From Lama guanicoe (lineage: Eukaryota), in assembly GCA_013239625.1 (NCBI GenBank), contig MU053487.1:1881058-1945057 (forward strand): a stretch of DNA of 64,000 nt, given 5' to 3'. Positions within the stretch are counted from its first letter, which is position 1; every line of letters begins with the position of its first letter. A program made the position numbers and the translations under genes. The notes under the pieces are model-generated. The model did no database searches. It worked only from the letters and a program-made list of their open reading frames with translations, and was not told the DNA's origin. This document shows, in pieces, positions 27,901 to 42,610 of the stretch.

Positions 27901-28869
27901 AATAGCAAATATTAACCAATTGGAAGGCTGGATACATCTCCCTACAGAGTAAAAGGAGCATACATAGTAGACTTTAGTCTAATGACTCAGTTTCTGTAGG
28001 TATCTGCAACCTGGCATATGTCAGAGGGAAGGACTGGACTCTGGATAATTCAGCAGGGGACTGGACTGTGCATTACCTGGCATGGGGAGTATTGTGCAGC
28101 TCCCCGTGGCTATGGTGCCAGCCACACTAGTAGAAGGTTCACTGTTTCCCTCGCAAAACATATAAATAAAAACTGGCCGCACTGTCCCATGACTCTGTAA
28201 GTGGTCAGAGCCTTTTTCCCTCTCTCAGCTCATAAGAGGATCTTCTTGCTCTAATTTGTTTCTAGATGCAATCATTAAGTCTTGATTAAACCAAGTGAGA
28301 AAGGGAGGAAAATATTGTATTTCTTAATTAACTGGATTATTCATGAGCATGAGCTGTTTTTGCTGTTAGGACTCAATTGTTCTAAAGAACTGCAACAAGT
28401 GGGAAATTTTGATCAGAGGAACTTTCATCAGGAAGGTGACAGCTATAGGTAACATCTGCACAAGAGCAGAGCTCTACCTCAGAAAACTCAGAATCAAGCA
28501 ACGGAGATATCTTATCTTCCTCTTTCCAAAAAAACTGGGTCCACATACCCCCTTAGGATCAAAATATGTATATTTTTGTTGTGTGCTATGATTTGTAAGT
28601 CAAAAATTATGTTTTTTTACCTTTACAACAATGCTGAACATACAAAACAATTTAGTGATATAGGAGATTAAAATATTTATTCTCTAGCCCAGTACTAGAA
28701 AAAGTTTACAATGAAGTCCAAACTAAAGATGAGAAAAGGATTTGGAAAGTTAAAATTAATTGTTGTCTAAGACTTTAAAATACAGTGAACTTTTTTCTGG
28801 ATGTACTATATGGACAAATAATCTAACCAAGGACTTACTTCCCTTCATCTGAGAATTAGTATGTAATTT

Positions 28870-29031
28870 TATTTTATTTTTTAATTATTTATTTATTTTA
28901 TTATTTAATTATTTTATTTTGGCAGAGGATAGGTAATTGTTTATTTATTTTTAGAGGAGGTACTGGGGATTGAACCCAATACCTTGTGAATGCTAAGCAT
29001 GCACTCTACCACTTAAGCTATACCCTCCCCC
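28870..29031 (-). mobile_element. tRNA-Ala-like SINE, Vic-1-like
   Basis: Reverse complement GGGGGAGGGTATAGCTTAAGTGGTAGAGTGCATGCTTAGCATTCACAAGGTATTGGGTTCAATCCCCAGTACCTCC plus (TAAA)n-like tail. Confidence 0.88.
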
Positions 29032-29249
29032 TGATTTTATTTACCCTTGCCTTTATTCTCTAAAAAAATGAGAAAAATATTTATATTAAAATCAACTTGT
29101 ATGCTTTTATGAATATGATTTTTAGTCACATTGAAAATATTTGACAATTTTTTAATAAAAATATAGTCAAAATAAAACCCACATGAATGTTTAACTTGTG
29201 TATGCAATTTAATCTGTAGAACAGAAGAAATGTTAATGATATATTGAAT

Positions 29250-29700
29250 TCTTATTTCAGTTTTCTACTGGAAACTACCCGAAAACTTAAGGCTTAAAAC
29301 AATGACATAGTATTTTTCACATTTCTGTGAGTCAACTGTACTCACTTGTGGGTTTTCCTGATGAGGGAGTCACACTGGCATCTGGCTTAGCTGGGCCTAA
29401 ACCATCCAATATGAGCTCTCATTCATCAGGGCCTCTTTCAACATGACCTTCACCCATTCAGTAGTCTAGCCTGGACTTCTTATCAGTAAGTCAACTGGAC
29501 TCCAAGAAGGAGCATTCCAAGTGGACAAGCCCTAGTATGTAAGCACTTACACAGCCTCTGCTTGCTTTATGCTCACTGATGTTCATTAGCCAAACAAAGT
29601 CATAAGGACAAGTCCGAGTCAGTACGGGAAGGAACTAAACAGGGATATGAATACTGGGGTCAAGATTAGTAGGGGCCATTCAATTAAGCAATCGACCAAA
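29250..29700. mobile_element. MaLR (MLT1-like) LTR
   Basis: aaactacccgaaaacttaaggcttaaaacaa..., tagtctagcctggacttctt, agggatatgaatactgggg. Confidence 0.65.
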
Positions 29701-32700
29701 GTTCTGTAATGCAACCTGAGAGATCTGTTATTATAAAATAAATATACAATAAGTAATACCAATATTTTGTTCATTATTTAGGATTATAGAATTGTGACAT
29801 TGTCTACTCTGGCTAAACATCATGTTAGTTCAGTTTAATTTCTCCTAAAGCTGCGGATTCATTACGTGTATCTTCTTCAAGTCAAGTTTTACTATGTTTT
29901 TCCCTGCACATCATGGTTTACCATCTTTCCAGCCTCTAATATCAGTTTTTTCACTATCCACCTCCTGCCAAGCCAATGCTTCTATGATGTCACCCCACAC
30001 ACATACACATCCCTCACAGGCACAGTCATCTGCAGATTGAGGTATCCCTCCTGGCAAGCTCTCTTCAAGTACTTGCTCATCTGTCCAGGATGCTTAGACA
30101 TGGTTTATGGTTCCCCTACATTAATACAAGTCTCCAAGAATACACAACAAAAGAAGAGAAGGCATGACAGTCAAGCAGTGGCAATTAAAAGCTTCAGCCC
30201 ACAAGTGACTCATGTCACTTCTACTCAAAATTCATTGATCATAAAGTGTCTTATTGCCATGTGTAAGTTCAGTGGCAGGGCAAGGTGAAATCATCCGTGT
30301 ATCCTGAAGTCCAAGAGAACTGTAACCCAATAAACATCATCCAGTGAACAAACTTCTACTACTTCTACTAGATGATACCATGCAGTCCTTACAAATGATC
30401 AGGTGGAAATATTTCAGTGATGTGAATTTTATGTGAGATACATTAAATTTTAAAAATCTAACCATAAAATATGTTTATAATATGATCTAATAAATCCATT
30501 ACTGTTTACAATGGCAAATATTTGGCCAATACTGAAATTAAGCATACCAAATTTTCAGTATTAACCCGTAGTAGAGGAATGGGTAAAGTATAGATGATGA
30601 GAAACATTTTCACAATTTGTTCTGAATATTCTGCAGGCTCTGAGCTTTTCAACAATGAAAATGATTAAGTATAAATTGTGAAAAAAATAAGCGGCAATAC
30701 TGTGACTTATTATATTCTATGCTTTTAGTCCCACATAGAGTTTTCATTTTTGTAGTCCTTGGGTAAGGTTGAAAAAAAGACTGGTGAAACTGTCTAAGTT
30801 TTCTCAGACTTGGGGAACTGCCTACCACCTGCAGGCCTTTATACTTAAATCAAATGAGGATGGCTAAGCCATCAGAAGCATATATCGGCCCCATCTGATG
30901 TACTGTTTCTCACCCACCACCTTGGGACTGGACACAAGCAGCTCCAGTGGAGATTTAAACATTGCTCTGTGACTGAGTTGCTCAAGTTATCATATCGAAA
31001 TAGAAAAGAGTCAGCAGTTAGAACTTGCAACTTTACCTACCTACCTCTTCCCCTTGTGATACGTGGCTTGCAGGAGAGCAGACTCTCACACATTTAGGCT
31101 TCAGAGGACTGTGCAGAAAGATGTCCTTCATTTCTCTAAACCTCTACAACTCAGCGCTTTCTCTGGCACTTCTTTAAGGTCTGCCCACCTGGTGTCCCTT
31201 CTTCCTCTGCCTCCCTCAGGGCATTCCAACCCCCTCACACACTCATGAAGCTTAATCCTTATAGCCTGCAAACTTTTGCTGACTCAGACTTCAGCCAAAC
31301 ATCAATGGACCTCTTCTCTGCTCATTCATATTTGACTCACTAGAGGGTAGCAATGGTCTCTGGTGCCCTTTGGTTGGTGAAAACCATCGTGCAGTGGAAG
31401 AGAAGGTGGACAAAAGGTGTGTTTTGAAATTTTAGCTGACTTTTCTATATTAACATTGACTATGGGCCATTCCTCATGAATTAACTAAACACATCTCACC
31501 ACGGCATACATTAATTTAATTTTCTTCCTAATGTCATAGGGTCTAATCTGGCATTAACATGACTTTCACCCTTCTCTTTTCATGATAATAAGCTTAGCTA
31601 ATTCTAAAAAGAACATTCATTTCATTCCTGAGTCAGTCATAATTACAAAAGGCCTGCACACTGGTTGAGAAAGGCTCTTTATTAACTTTCTGACAAAAGG
31701 AATCATCCCCAAAAGATGCCCTCTGATTCTTAAATCACCTTTCTAGTGACGGTAAAAGGGAGGGACCAAGAAGCGGGGGGTGTCATGAGTTCATCCCATC
31801 ACAGGACCAAGAAAGATTCCGGCAGAGTGGCATCTATAACTCTTTTGTCAAGACAATTGGAGTGGTGCAATCTGAGATTCTGGGAAGAAAGACCTTCCTG
31901 GGTGTCTTACTTGCGTTAGCTCCGCTTCTTTTCCATCCACTAATGAGGTCTACTGAACTTACTTTATATCATGGTGCTGCATTAAGAGTTGGGAGAAGTA
32001 AGAGCAACGTGTGAGTTTATTCTTAAGGAGCTGTAGGTCTTATTGGGAACCATGACATAAATTTGCCTAAAACAAAGAATAGCCCACAAGTGCCAACCAC
32101 GAGAAGCACAGAGTACATGATAAAGCGTTTCAGGGATGGGCAAGAGCTCTCAGAGGTGGCAAGGCTGATCTGGTTAACATCACAAAAAAGAAGGAATCCA
32201 ATTGGCTTTTGAAGGAAGGTGGTTAGCTTCCTCAAGCTGGAGTACAAAGAGTATTCCACTGTGTAGAATTACATTACTTATTTCCTAATGGGATTTAGGG
32301 ATTTACAATAAAATTACTCCAATATACATCAATTAACACGAAAAAGAACTAGATCTAGTGGGTGGGAATTAGGCATACACAAAAAATGTAGGATAATACA
32401 AGCGCTTCTGTGCATAGCTAACAATAAGCCGCAAGAACCATAAAACCATTTACCCTTTTTTTTTTTTTTACTTCCTTCATGTCTGGGACTATATATTACA
32501 GAAATAACATGAAATTTTAAAATTTGTTCTCTATCAAAGCATTATTTACATTAGTGATGAATTTGAGACAGTGCATGTGCTTGACAACTTGGAATAGTTA
32601 AGTAAATTTTGGTATAAACACTTCATGGACCAGAATGCTATGTTTTTATATAGCTATTATAAATATTAGAAATAAACAGGTAAAAATGCTTATGTAGTAA

Positions 32701-32926
32701 CTGACAAACAGCAGAGTATACATTCATATTTATTTATTTCTACCAGCTTTATCAAGATGTAACTGACCTATAACATTGTGTAAGTTTAAAGTCTACAATG
32801 TGATGATTTGATATATGTATACATTTATATATTTATTATTATTACACCTACTTAAGAACAGACAAGCACTAAACATTTATAGGAGAAAAACAGACACAAA
32901 GAATATGTATCAAGAAACAAGCCAAG

Positions 32927-33481
32927 TCCATCGACAGATGACTGGATAAAGGGGTTGTGGTGTATATATACAATGGAATACTACTCAACCATAACAAAGA
33001 ATAATATAATGCCATTTGTAGCAACATGGATGGAACTGGAGATTGTCATTCTAAGTGAAGTAAGCCAGAAAGAGAAGGAAAAATACCATATGATATCACT
33101 TACACGTGGAATCTTAAAAAAAAAAGGATACTATGAGCTCACCTATCAAACAGAAACAGACTCACAGACATAGTAAGCAATCTTAGGGTTACCGGAGACA
33201 GTGGGAAGGGATAAATTTGGGAGTTTGAGATTTACAAATGTTAGCCATTGAATACAAAAATAGATTTTTAAAAAGTTTCTTCTGTATAGCACAGGGATCT
33301 ATGTTCAATATCTTGTAATACCTTAATGAACAAGAATATGAAAACAAACATATGTATGTATATGCATGACTGGGACATCATGCTGTAAACTAGAAACTGA
33401 CACGCTGTAATTGAGTGTACTTCAATTTTTTAAATTTTTAATTAAAAAAATTAAAATCACCAGAAAAAGAAAAAAAGAAAA
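32927..33481 (+). mobile_element. 5'-truncated younger LINE-1 3' end with TSD
   Basis: WCIYTMEYYS...FVATWMELEIVILSEVSQKEKEKY; A-rich tail; TSD AAGAA(A/G)CAAGCCAAG at 32912-32926 and 33482-33496. Confidence 0.92.
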
Positions 33482-34524
33482 AAGAAGCAAGCCAAGAACA
33501 AGGAGAAGACTTCAGCCCCATTATTTCAGTAACTCTGCAAAAGGGGGACTCACTTTGGGTTCCAAAGAGGATAAGACTCTGCTCTGCATTTGGGCGTACG
33601 TGGGAGAAAGACAAAGTGTGTGCTAACCACAAACAGGCCGCAGTCAAACTCTGCAGCAGGAAGCCAAAGTATGAATACCCTGGTCGAGAATTCTAGCTGA
33701 AGGCATTTTCCTCCATCGAATCAACAGGGAAGGCTTCCATTGGGTGTAAGGAACAGTACTGAGTAGGACTTTTTTTTTTTTTTTTTGCCTATTTGATTAT
33801 ATATTAGGTTAACTTTTCTCCAGTGAGTCATCTGCAGTTTACCCAGTCGGGTCTCAGGTCCTCTGGGGACAGCATTTGCCGTCTTTGGGACCCTCGTGTG
33901 CCCTGTCTTTTACTGCTCCATCTCCATCTCCACAGCTTTCTCTGTCTCTCCATACAGCTAGTTTTGGACTGGCTCCATCTACTGGGGAACACTGCTCCAG
34001 TTCCTGCGCTGAACACCAGAGGTGAAACAGTTTATCACAGCTTCAGCCTGTCCCACCTGTCGAGATCTGGGTATTAAATATCATGGCCTGTGTCGCCCAG
34101 AGTCTGCTTTTCTAGGACTGAGATCCTGCAGCTTTAAATATCAGCACTTTTTTCCATGGGGGGATCTCCTGCCTTAATCTCACTTTTCATCTTTTCAAAC
34201 ACATGTCTTCTATCAAAGCTTTTTCATTTCTGTGTTCTGAATATATGCATTAGTCAAAAAGAATTCACAGCACTGTAATTACTATTTAAAGAGATAGAGA
34301 TACTGGCAAAATTTCAAAATTATACACGCAAGTATAATTATTTTTATGGTACTCTGTCACACTCCTCAGCCTGAGGAAGATTTTTGCTTTCCTGATTGCA
34401 AGTCACTGTGCTCTGGTTTCTCTTAGTCAGAAGTGATGGTCCAACCCCACACTTGTACAGAAATCTTTCCAGTTACCTTTCCCATTGGATGAGAGTCTAT
34501 CTTCTGCTCCCCCAGGCACCCTCA

Positions 34525-34587
34525 CACATACGTGACACACACACACACATATATGTGTATATATATGTATATATATATATATATGTA
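34525..34587. repeat. Compound (CA)n/(TA)n microsatellite
   Basis: cacacacacacacatatatgtgtatatatatgtatatatatatatatatg. Confidence 0.85.
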
Positions 34588-35254
34588 CCAGAAGAAAACT
34601 CAACAATGGTAACAACAGATCTGCTGGAAAAACCCTATGAAACAAAATGACTATCATTTTTCCTGTACTATCACCATCAGTAATTTATTGCATTAAAAAA
34701 GAGAAAAATCATTCCTTTTCATTTAAATGTAAAGATTTTTAAAATTATTTCCTGACTGTCAAGAAACTCTCTGTTACAGTAAATTGGGAAGAGGCAGGGA
34801 GTAAGGATTTCAGAGTAAAAGGCTCAGCCTCCGGAGAACGGATATGAAGCATGAAGGCTGCACAGGACCATGACAACACCCCGGAGAAAGGAAGATCGGG
34901 AGGTGGAGAAAGGGGCCTGGAGTACAGAAGGGGACCATCCCTAAACTCCACCACCAGCCTCGTTCATGGTGTGTTTCATGTACATCATCCCATTTAAAAC
35001 CCACTTGGTCCTACAAGTGAGGTGGCACTGCTGCCTTGGAAAGGAAACTGAGGACCAAAGACATAAGGCAGTTTTCAAGGCCATGTCCCCAGTGAGCGGG
35101 TGAGTTAGAACACAACATTTTTGGGTTCTGTATCTGTGCATTTTTTTTTTTAACAACACCCCACAGTTTAAGGACTTCAGATCTTGGGTAGGACCAGCAC
35201 CTGAGCACTTGCTGACCTCTGCTTCTCCAGTCCCCTCAGAGGCCATCTGTCGTA

Positions 35255-36068
35255 TAGCAGTCTCCCCTTATCCATGGGGGATATGTCCCCAATCCTCAGT
35301 GGATGCCTCAAACTTGGCACAGAACCCAACCCTATGTGTACTGTTTTCTTCTACATATCTTTCTGCATATCTGTGATAAGGTTTAATTTATAAATAAGGC
35401 ACAGTAAGAGATTAACAACAATAACTAGTAATGAAATAGAACAGTTATAACAGTATACTGTAATAAAAGTTACATGAATGTGCTCTCCCTCAAAATAACT
35501 TACTGTACAAATTTAATGTGTTTTCCATCTTAACCAGGCACTTGTGGCTGTAACTTTTGCAATCTGAGGTCGGACAGCAAATAGAGCACAAATTTCTTTT
35601 TCCTTGTTCATAATTTCACAGATAGAAGATTGGCTTTTACTGCACATCTTAGCAACTTCAGTGTATCATTTTTTTCCTTATTACTTCAAGAATTTTCACC
35701 TTTTCACTTAAAGGAGCACTTCATAGTTTCTCGGTGACATATCTGAATTGTTAGTATCACTACTCCTGTGCTTTGGGGGCATTTTTAAATAAAAGGAGTG
35801 TTACTTAAATACAAGTGCTGTCAATCTGATAACCTAGAGAGCTACTAAGTGACTAAGGGGCAGGACAGGCTGGAGAAAGACATGATTCACATCCTGCACT
35901 GGACGGAGCAGGACAGTGCAAGATTTCACTACGCTACCCAGAATGGTGTGCAGCTGAAAACTGAAGAACAGTTTGTTTCTGGAGTTTTCCATTTAATATT
36001 TTTGGACCACATTTGAGCATGGGTAACTGAAACCGTGGAAGGTGAGACCTTGGAAAAGGGGAGACATC
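35255..36068 (-). mobile_element. MER44-like (Tigger7-derived, TcMar) DNA transposon fossil
   Basis: Left end TA|TAGCAGTCTCCCCTTATCCATGGGGGATATG...CAGTGGATGCCT; right end GGGTAACTGAAACCGTGGAAGGTGAGACCTTGGAAAAGGGGAGAC is the degenerate inverted terminus. Confidence 0.85.
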
Positions 36069-36620
36069 CACAATAGCTGCAAGATAACCACTGTCATAGT
36101 ATTAACAGAACACTTCCAATGAGTTGTCAAGCTTCCCAGAAAATGCTAAAAGAAAGTTGGGTGTACAATCTTACTAGTGAATAATATAAATTATTTTAAA
36201 GCTAAATGAAACAGGATACATTAATGGGGCATGCCATGCAGTTAAAGGTTCATAATTTTACAAGACAAAACACAAGTTCCAGAACACCGATTTTAGAAGC
36301 CCGGATCAGGCTGGATCCCCAAACAACCCTGAACGCCCACATTCTCCCTCTGATCCTAAGGCTATTAATGTTGAAAATTGAGAAACATTATTTGCTTAAA
36401 TATCTTTTTGAATGGATTTCATTTCTTTTTTGTCAGTGGTTCTATCATTTGCTTGAAGGTGGGGACTAAGAAAGAGGTAACTGTTTCCTTGTGTACAGAA
36501 GCATCCAAACAAAAAGATGGTTTTACAGACTTCATACTTTGTGGCACTGCCCTTCCCTCATAAATGTTATGTTTATGTTTAATGTGGATACCAGCATCAC
36601 TGCAGTCTAAAATGGTTGAC

Positions 36621-38966
36621 CTATAGTGCCAGAGAGATGTAAGTAAAATGAAGAAGCACAGGAACTACTCCCAATTAAAAGAACAAGAGAAATCCTCTGA
36701 AAGAACAATCAATGAAATAGACCTTGACAGTCTACTAGATCATGACTTCTAAAAGGAAGTGATCAAAGTCCTGAAGGAAATAAACTATGAATAGAGACAG
36801 AGAATACTATAAAAAAGAAGTTGAAACTATAAAGAGGAGCCAATTAAAAACTCAGTGGGTGAGATGAGCTGAGCCAAAGGCGGTCAAAAGCAGACTAGAC
36901 AATGCAGAGGAACAAGTCAGTGACTTAGAAAGCAGGATAACAGAAGCCACCCAATCAGAACAGCAGAGAGAAAAGCAAGTGAAAACCAATGAAAGCAATG
37001 TAAGGGACCTATGGGATAATATAAAGCATACCAACCTATGCATAATAGGGATCCCACAAGGAGAAGAAAGAGAAAAGGGGATTGAAAAGATATTTGAAGA
37101 AACCATGAATGAAAACCTCCCAAACCTAAGAAGGAAACAGATACCCAAGTACAGGAAGCACTGAGGGTCCCCAACAAGAAGAATCCAAATAGACCTACAC
37201 CAAGACATACTATAATTAACACAGCCAAGGTTAACAATACGTTATTTTAAAGGCAGCAAGAGAAAAAGAGTTACAAGAGAACCCCCATAAGGCTTGCAGC
37301 TGATTTCTCTACAGAAAAACTACAGGCCAGAAGGGAGTGACAAGATATAGTCAAAGTCCTGAATGAGAAAAAGCTGCAACTTAGGATACTCTATCCAGTA
37401 AGACTATCCTTTAGCACAGAAGGAGAGATAAAGAACTTCACAGACAAGTAAAAACTAAAAGAATTCAGCAATACTAAACCTATACTAAAAGAAATACTGA
37501 AAGGTCTACTCTAAATAGAAATGAAACAGGATGCTATAAAAAGAAGAAAACCATAATTGAAAATGCAATAACTACATGACTTGCAAGAGAATAAACACGA
37601 AGATGGAAAAGAGGACAGCAAAATTATTAAAGGTGGGAGAGGGGAGCAAGAAAATATAGATTTTTCTTTTTTTCTGTTCTTTTTAGGATGTGTTTGAGCT
37701 TGTATGACTACCAGTTTAAAGCAAACAGATATAGTAATGGGTTAATATACTTGAAAAATAGGGTAACCACAAGTGGAGAGCACACAATACAAATACAAGA
37801 GTCACAAAAACCAAAAAGAAACTAAGATGACACAAAAAATTATCAAGCCACAAAAAGGAAAATAGAAAGGAACAAAGAGGAAATACCAAATCAACCAGAA
37901 ATTTAAGTTCCAAATGGCAATAAACACACATCTATCAATAATTACCATAAATGTCAATGTATTAAATGCTCCAATCAAAAGACAGAGTGGCAGACTGGAC
38001 AATAAAACAAGAGCCTACAATCAATGTGCTGCATACAAGAGACCCACTTTAAGGAGAAGGACACACGTAGATTGAAAGAGAAAAGATGGAAAAAGATATT
38101 TCATGTAAATGGAAACACCAAGAAAGCAGGAGTAGCAATACTGATTTGAGACAAACGGACCTTAAAACAAAGGCCATTAAAGAAAGATAAAGAAGGATAC
38201 TATATACTGATTAAAGGAGCAATACAATATGAAGATATTACACTCATTAATACATATACTCCCAATATAGGAGCACCTAAACACATAAAGCAAATACTAG
38301 CAGACATAAAGGGAGAAACTGATGAGAACACAACCATAATAGGAGACTTTAAGATCCCATTAACATCACTGGACAGATCTTCTGGACAGAAAATCAATAA
38401 GGCAATGGAGATATTAACTGATACAATATTGGACTTAGTTCATATTTTTAGGACATTACATTCCCCCAAAATAGAATATACATTCTTTTCAGGTGCGCAT
38501 GGAATATTCTCTAGGTTAGATCATGTACTCAGGCACAAAAGAAGCTTCAATAACTTAAAAGGATAGAAATTACTTCAAACATCTTCTCTGACCACGATGT
38601 CATGAAACAAGAAATGAACCACAGAAAAACAAAGGAGAAAAAACAGACAGAGGGAGATTTAACAACATGCTACAAAAAACCCAATGGGTCGTTGATGAAA
38701 TCAAAGACAAAATTAAAAAACTTTAAGACAAACAACAATGAAAACACAACCACATGGTATCTGTGGGATGCAACCTACCTAAAAATACAAATAAAAAGAT
38801 AGGCAATTTGAGGCAGCAGAGGAAAATCTCCTTTAATGAAAAATAATATGAAAATGAAAATTTGCATGTATATATATGAATGGGGCATTATGCTGTACAG
38901 CAGAAATTGATACACTGTAACGACCATACTTCAATAAAAAATTTTTAAGTAAGTTTAAAAAAATTT
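36621..38966 (+). mobile_element. LINE-1: decayed ORF1 + ORF2 endonuclease joined to the 3' UTR end (RT domain missing)
   Basis: ORF1 start MKKHRNYSQLKEQEKS at ~36648; RDLWDNIKHTNLCIIGIPQGEERE; ORF2 start at ~37914 (MAINTHLSIIT); 3' UTR at ~38830-38965; TSD AAATGG(T/C)TGAC at 36610-36620 and 38967-38977. Confidence 0.9.
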
Positions 38967-39649
38967 AAATGGCTGACTTATCGGTCACAAAGTAAGGCCA
39001 CGGACTAATAGGTTAATGGTAGATTATCCTTTGGATGGAAGACTGAAAAATATGTCATATGCAAGAAAGAAGGATCTCCAGGGAAGGATAAAGGTGCATT
39101 AGAGCTTAGAAAAATAAAAGGAGGAACGCTGACTTCTGTTATATTTCTGAAATTTAGCATAACTCTCTAAGAGGACTGGAGTACATTCAAGAAAGGTAGA
39201 GAGCTTTTGAAACTGATATCCAACATTCAAAGATGATGTTTATCAGCTGGTGATTAAGGTCAACTCTTCAGCCTGGCATATAAACCCTTTGCCTCATTTT
39301 CCTGTGTTAAATTATCAGTGTTATTACTTGTTACTCCCAGTGATTTTCATTCTGAGGCTGCTGCCTGGTCTCCCAGGATATTAATATTTATGATTGTCAA
39401 TGCCCATACCATTGCTTGTGGCGCAAGTAGCGGCTTACTTAAGCTCATCAAAAATAGATCCATTCTTCCTGTACTGAGTATCATTGCCTTTGTGCTTAAA
39501 ATTATAAAAGGGAGCTTTAGCATTGGTGCTATGATACTTCATAAATCTCTGGAAAACATCCTAGTCCAAAAGTAAAACCAGTTTTTCAAGTGGCGATGAT
39601 AAAAAATAACCCAAATCTCCTAAACAGCAGAAGTATGGGTTTTGTTTTT

Positions 39650-41150
39650 GTTTTTGTACTTTCATTTTATTTTTAAAATATGCTTAAAAATTAAACTGTT
39701 CTAAATGGCTGAAAGTGAAAAAGATACCAGTCTAACTGCTTTCCTTAATATACCTGAGTCCCATTGGCCAGAAGCAAAAATATTCAACTCTGTTAGCTAT
39801 TTGTTCAGGTGTTTATATTAATATTTCTAAATGCTGTGTTTACATTGCTATTTGTTGATTTAGACATTCAGATATTATTTATTAACTTACTAATATTAAC
39901 TTACTAATTAATTAGGATTTAGCCAGAAAACCTGCCCACCCCCACCATGTCTTCTCTATATTGCAAATACATTTATTTCATACACTCTGGTTAAGTCAAA
40001 TTCAATAGTCAATTTCAGGTGATGAAATATGATTACCTTTTGTACACTGCAAAACAATGTTGTTTTCCATGTACTTATTATAAATTCTTCCAGAATGCGT
40101 CCCTTTTCTTTCTAATCAAAGACATTGGACAAATTATCACCTTTTATTTTTTCCTAAAGACTTTCTTTTTGAAGACCACTTTGTTCCCTCTCTGATCTAT
40201 TAGACTGGTTATTCTTTACACACAATGTGGACACACATTGTTTCAGAACTGTTCTACATTATCCAGTGTTGATCCCCCTTTCACGTATCCTGTTTTCTCA
40301 TTTCTTGATTTATTCCTACGTCTTAGTAAAGTACATCCCTCAGAAGTTTTTTAAAAAGAGAGGTGCTTAGAAGGTAAACTGACTCTTTCCATCTGTCATT
40401 CTATTCATTTTAGCCTTAAACTTGAGTAGTTTGGCTAAGTATAGAATTCTAGGATGGAAGTGATTTTCTTCAGAATTTTGGATGCACTGTCCTTTATCTT
40501 CCAGGAATGCTGCCAAGAAATCTGAAAACTTATTAACGTATTACTTCTGATTTCTTCTATTTTATACATTTTTATCTATAAAGATTTTAATGTTTTTACT
40601 TAGTTCCTCATGTTCTGAAATGTCTTAATAATAAGACATTTATTATTAAATGTCTGGGGGTATGTTCTTTTTCTGTTGATTGTGGTAGACAGGCCCAGCA
40701 TGGGCCCTGTAAATCCTAAGACATTGTCTTATTTCTTTAATTCCTCCCCACATTTTTACCCAATTCTGTCTTTCTAATAGTTGTATTACCCTTATCTTCT
40801 GGATTGTTTTATAATTTATTTCTATTTTTCATTTTTGGCCCTTTGTTTACATTTCTGGAATTGTCTCAGTTTTATTTAAGCAATTTCTATTATTTTTGGT
40901 GCTCAAAATTCACTTTTCCTTCTCTGAAGCTCTCATAAAAATCTTTTTTTTAATGGATGCAATTATCCTCTCATCATCCCTTTGAGGACATTAGAGGTAT
41001 TGTTGCTCTGGCTGTCATCATAATTGTTCTTTTCCTCTCTTCCCTTGATAGTCTTTGTCTCCTCTGAGTTCTTTTTTATTTGTTTAGACTATTTATCAAG
41101 TTGGAGGCTCTTCTCAACCTGATTCCCCCTAGACGGCCATTTGTACTGAA
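39650..41150 (-). mobile_element. Ancient L1ME/HAL1-like fragments
   Basis: gtatagaattctaggatggaag...ttcttcagaattttg; highly diverged, boundaries uncertain. Confidence 0.5.
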
Positions 41151-41279
41151 GAGTTATTTTCCCTCCCATCCTCAATCTTTAAATACACTGAAAAATTAAG
41201 TTACCAAGAACGCTTTTAAAGAATAAGGAAATGGCCGCAACCCAACTCACAAACCCCAAACCATACCAAAAAATTCTGC

Positions 41280-42610
41280 GAAATATTCCCTGAGGTGAAA
41301 ACGCTGACATATCTGGTTCAAACCTACACAATTTGTAGTTCATCCTGGCCCTGAAATCTAAGCATAGCCTAGCCTAGCCCACGTAGTAGCAGGAGTACAG
41401 AACCATCATATCAATATAAAATACGAGGCACTGGCTTAACTGCTGGCTTGGTGTGGTAAGGAAGCTGATATTAGAGAATGCAAAATGCAAACTCAAGTTA
41501 TAGTGGAAAATATTTCATAAATAGTAACCTGCAGTAACTTGGTAGGTAGACCAAACTAAAAGTAATTGGATGCGTTTGGCCAGGAATTATAAGAAAGATA
41601 TGAGCTACAGTAATTGGCTAGTTTGAAAGCAGAAATGAAAAAAGATAAATAGATTTCAGAAACTTGGTATAATATAGAGCAGCTGATTTCTTTTAGACTG
41701 AAAAGATAAAATTAATAAAGTCTTAAAACTCGTTAAATTTAATCTGTTGGAATAGACTGAATTAAGGGTATGGACTTTATGTCTAATATTAAAATACCGA
41801 AGTGAATTAAGAAGTCTCAAAGCAAAAATAAGAATAAGGTCATAGCATTTCTGGAGTCGTTTACCAGCTCTAAAGTAATCTAGTTTAAAGCTAAAGAGAT
41901 ATGACGACAGAAAAAGCAAGGAAGCACGATTTGCATGAAGAACAGGTTCTCAGAAAGAGTTTTTGGCATGTGAAACTTGCTGGTATGAAATAGACAAGAA
42001 ATCTACTACATTCTCAGAGTCTTGTATTATCAAATAAATCATGAGGCTGTATTTAAGTGTCCTGCAACTGAGTCTTGGATGCCTACCCTTCCTGAGCAGA
42101 ATGCGGGCTGGGGGAAGTTGTGTACCTGCTGAAGAGTGTGTTCCCCAATACCCACTTCTGAGATATCAAGGAGGAGAAAGGTAAAGGAAGAACCCCACAG
42201 AGTGGGGCCAGGGATTACCAAGAACAATGGGCAAGGAAGCTCTTCCCAAGAGAATCGTCAGGACATATGCAAAGCATCACTCCCCACCCTGGAGAAGGCC
42301 CTACACAATGTTGTCCCAGCTAGCCAGGAAAGGGTTACCTTTCATGTTTTCATAAGTTCTTATGAAAATAAATCAGAAAACTGACCTTACAGAAACTCTT
42401 ATAGTTGAAAGTTCTCTTCTCAGTTCTGTTACATAACATTCCTATTAGCCCTAGGCGATGCTTATTCTGAAGTTCACTGAGATTCAATATAGTGATTGTA
42501 TGTAGTGCTATTTTCTGGATGATGTGTTCCATCATTGATTTCCCCAGTCATAAGGAACCTGCTATACTGAGCTAGAACAAAGTTATCTTGATATATGGAG
42601 CTGATGAGAA
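41280..42610 (+). mobile_element. MaLR internal sequence (MLT1-int-like)
   Basis: agtaacctgcagtaacttgg, aattggctagtttgaaagcagaaatgaaa; recalled similarity only. Confidence 0.45.
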
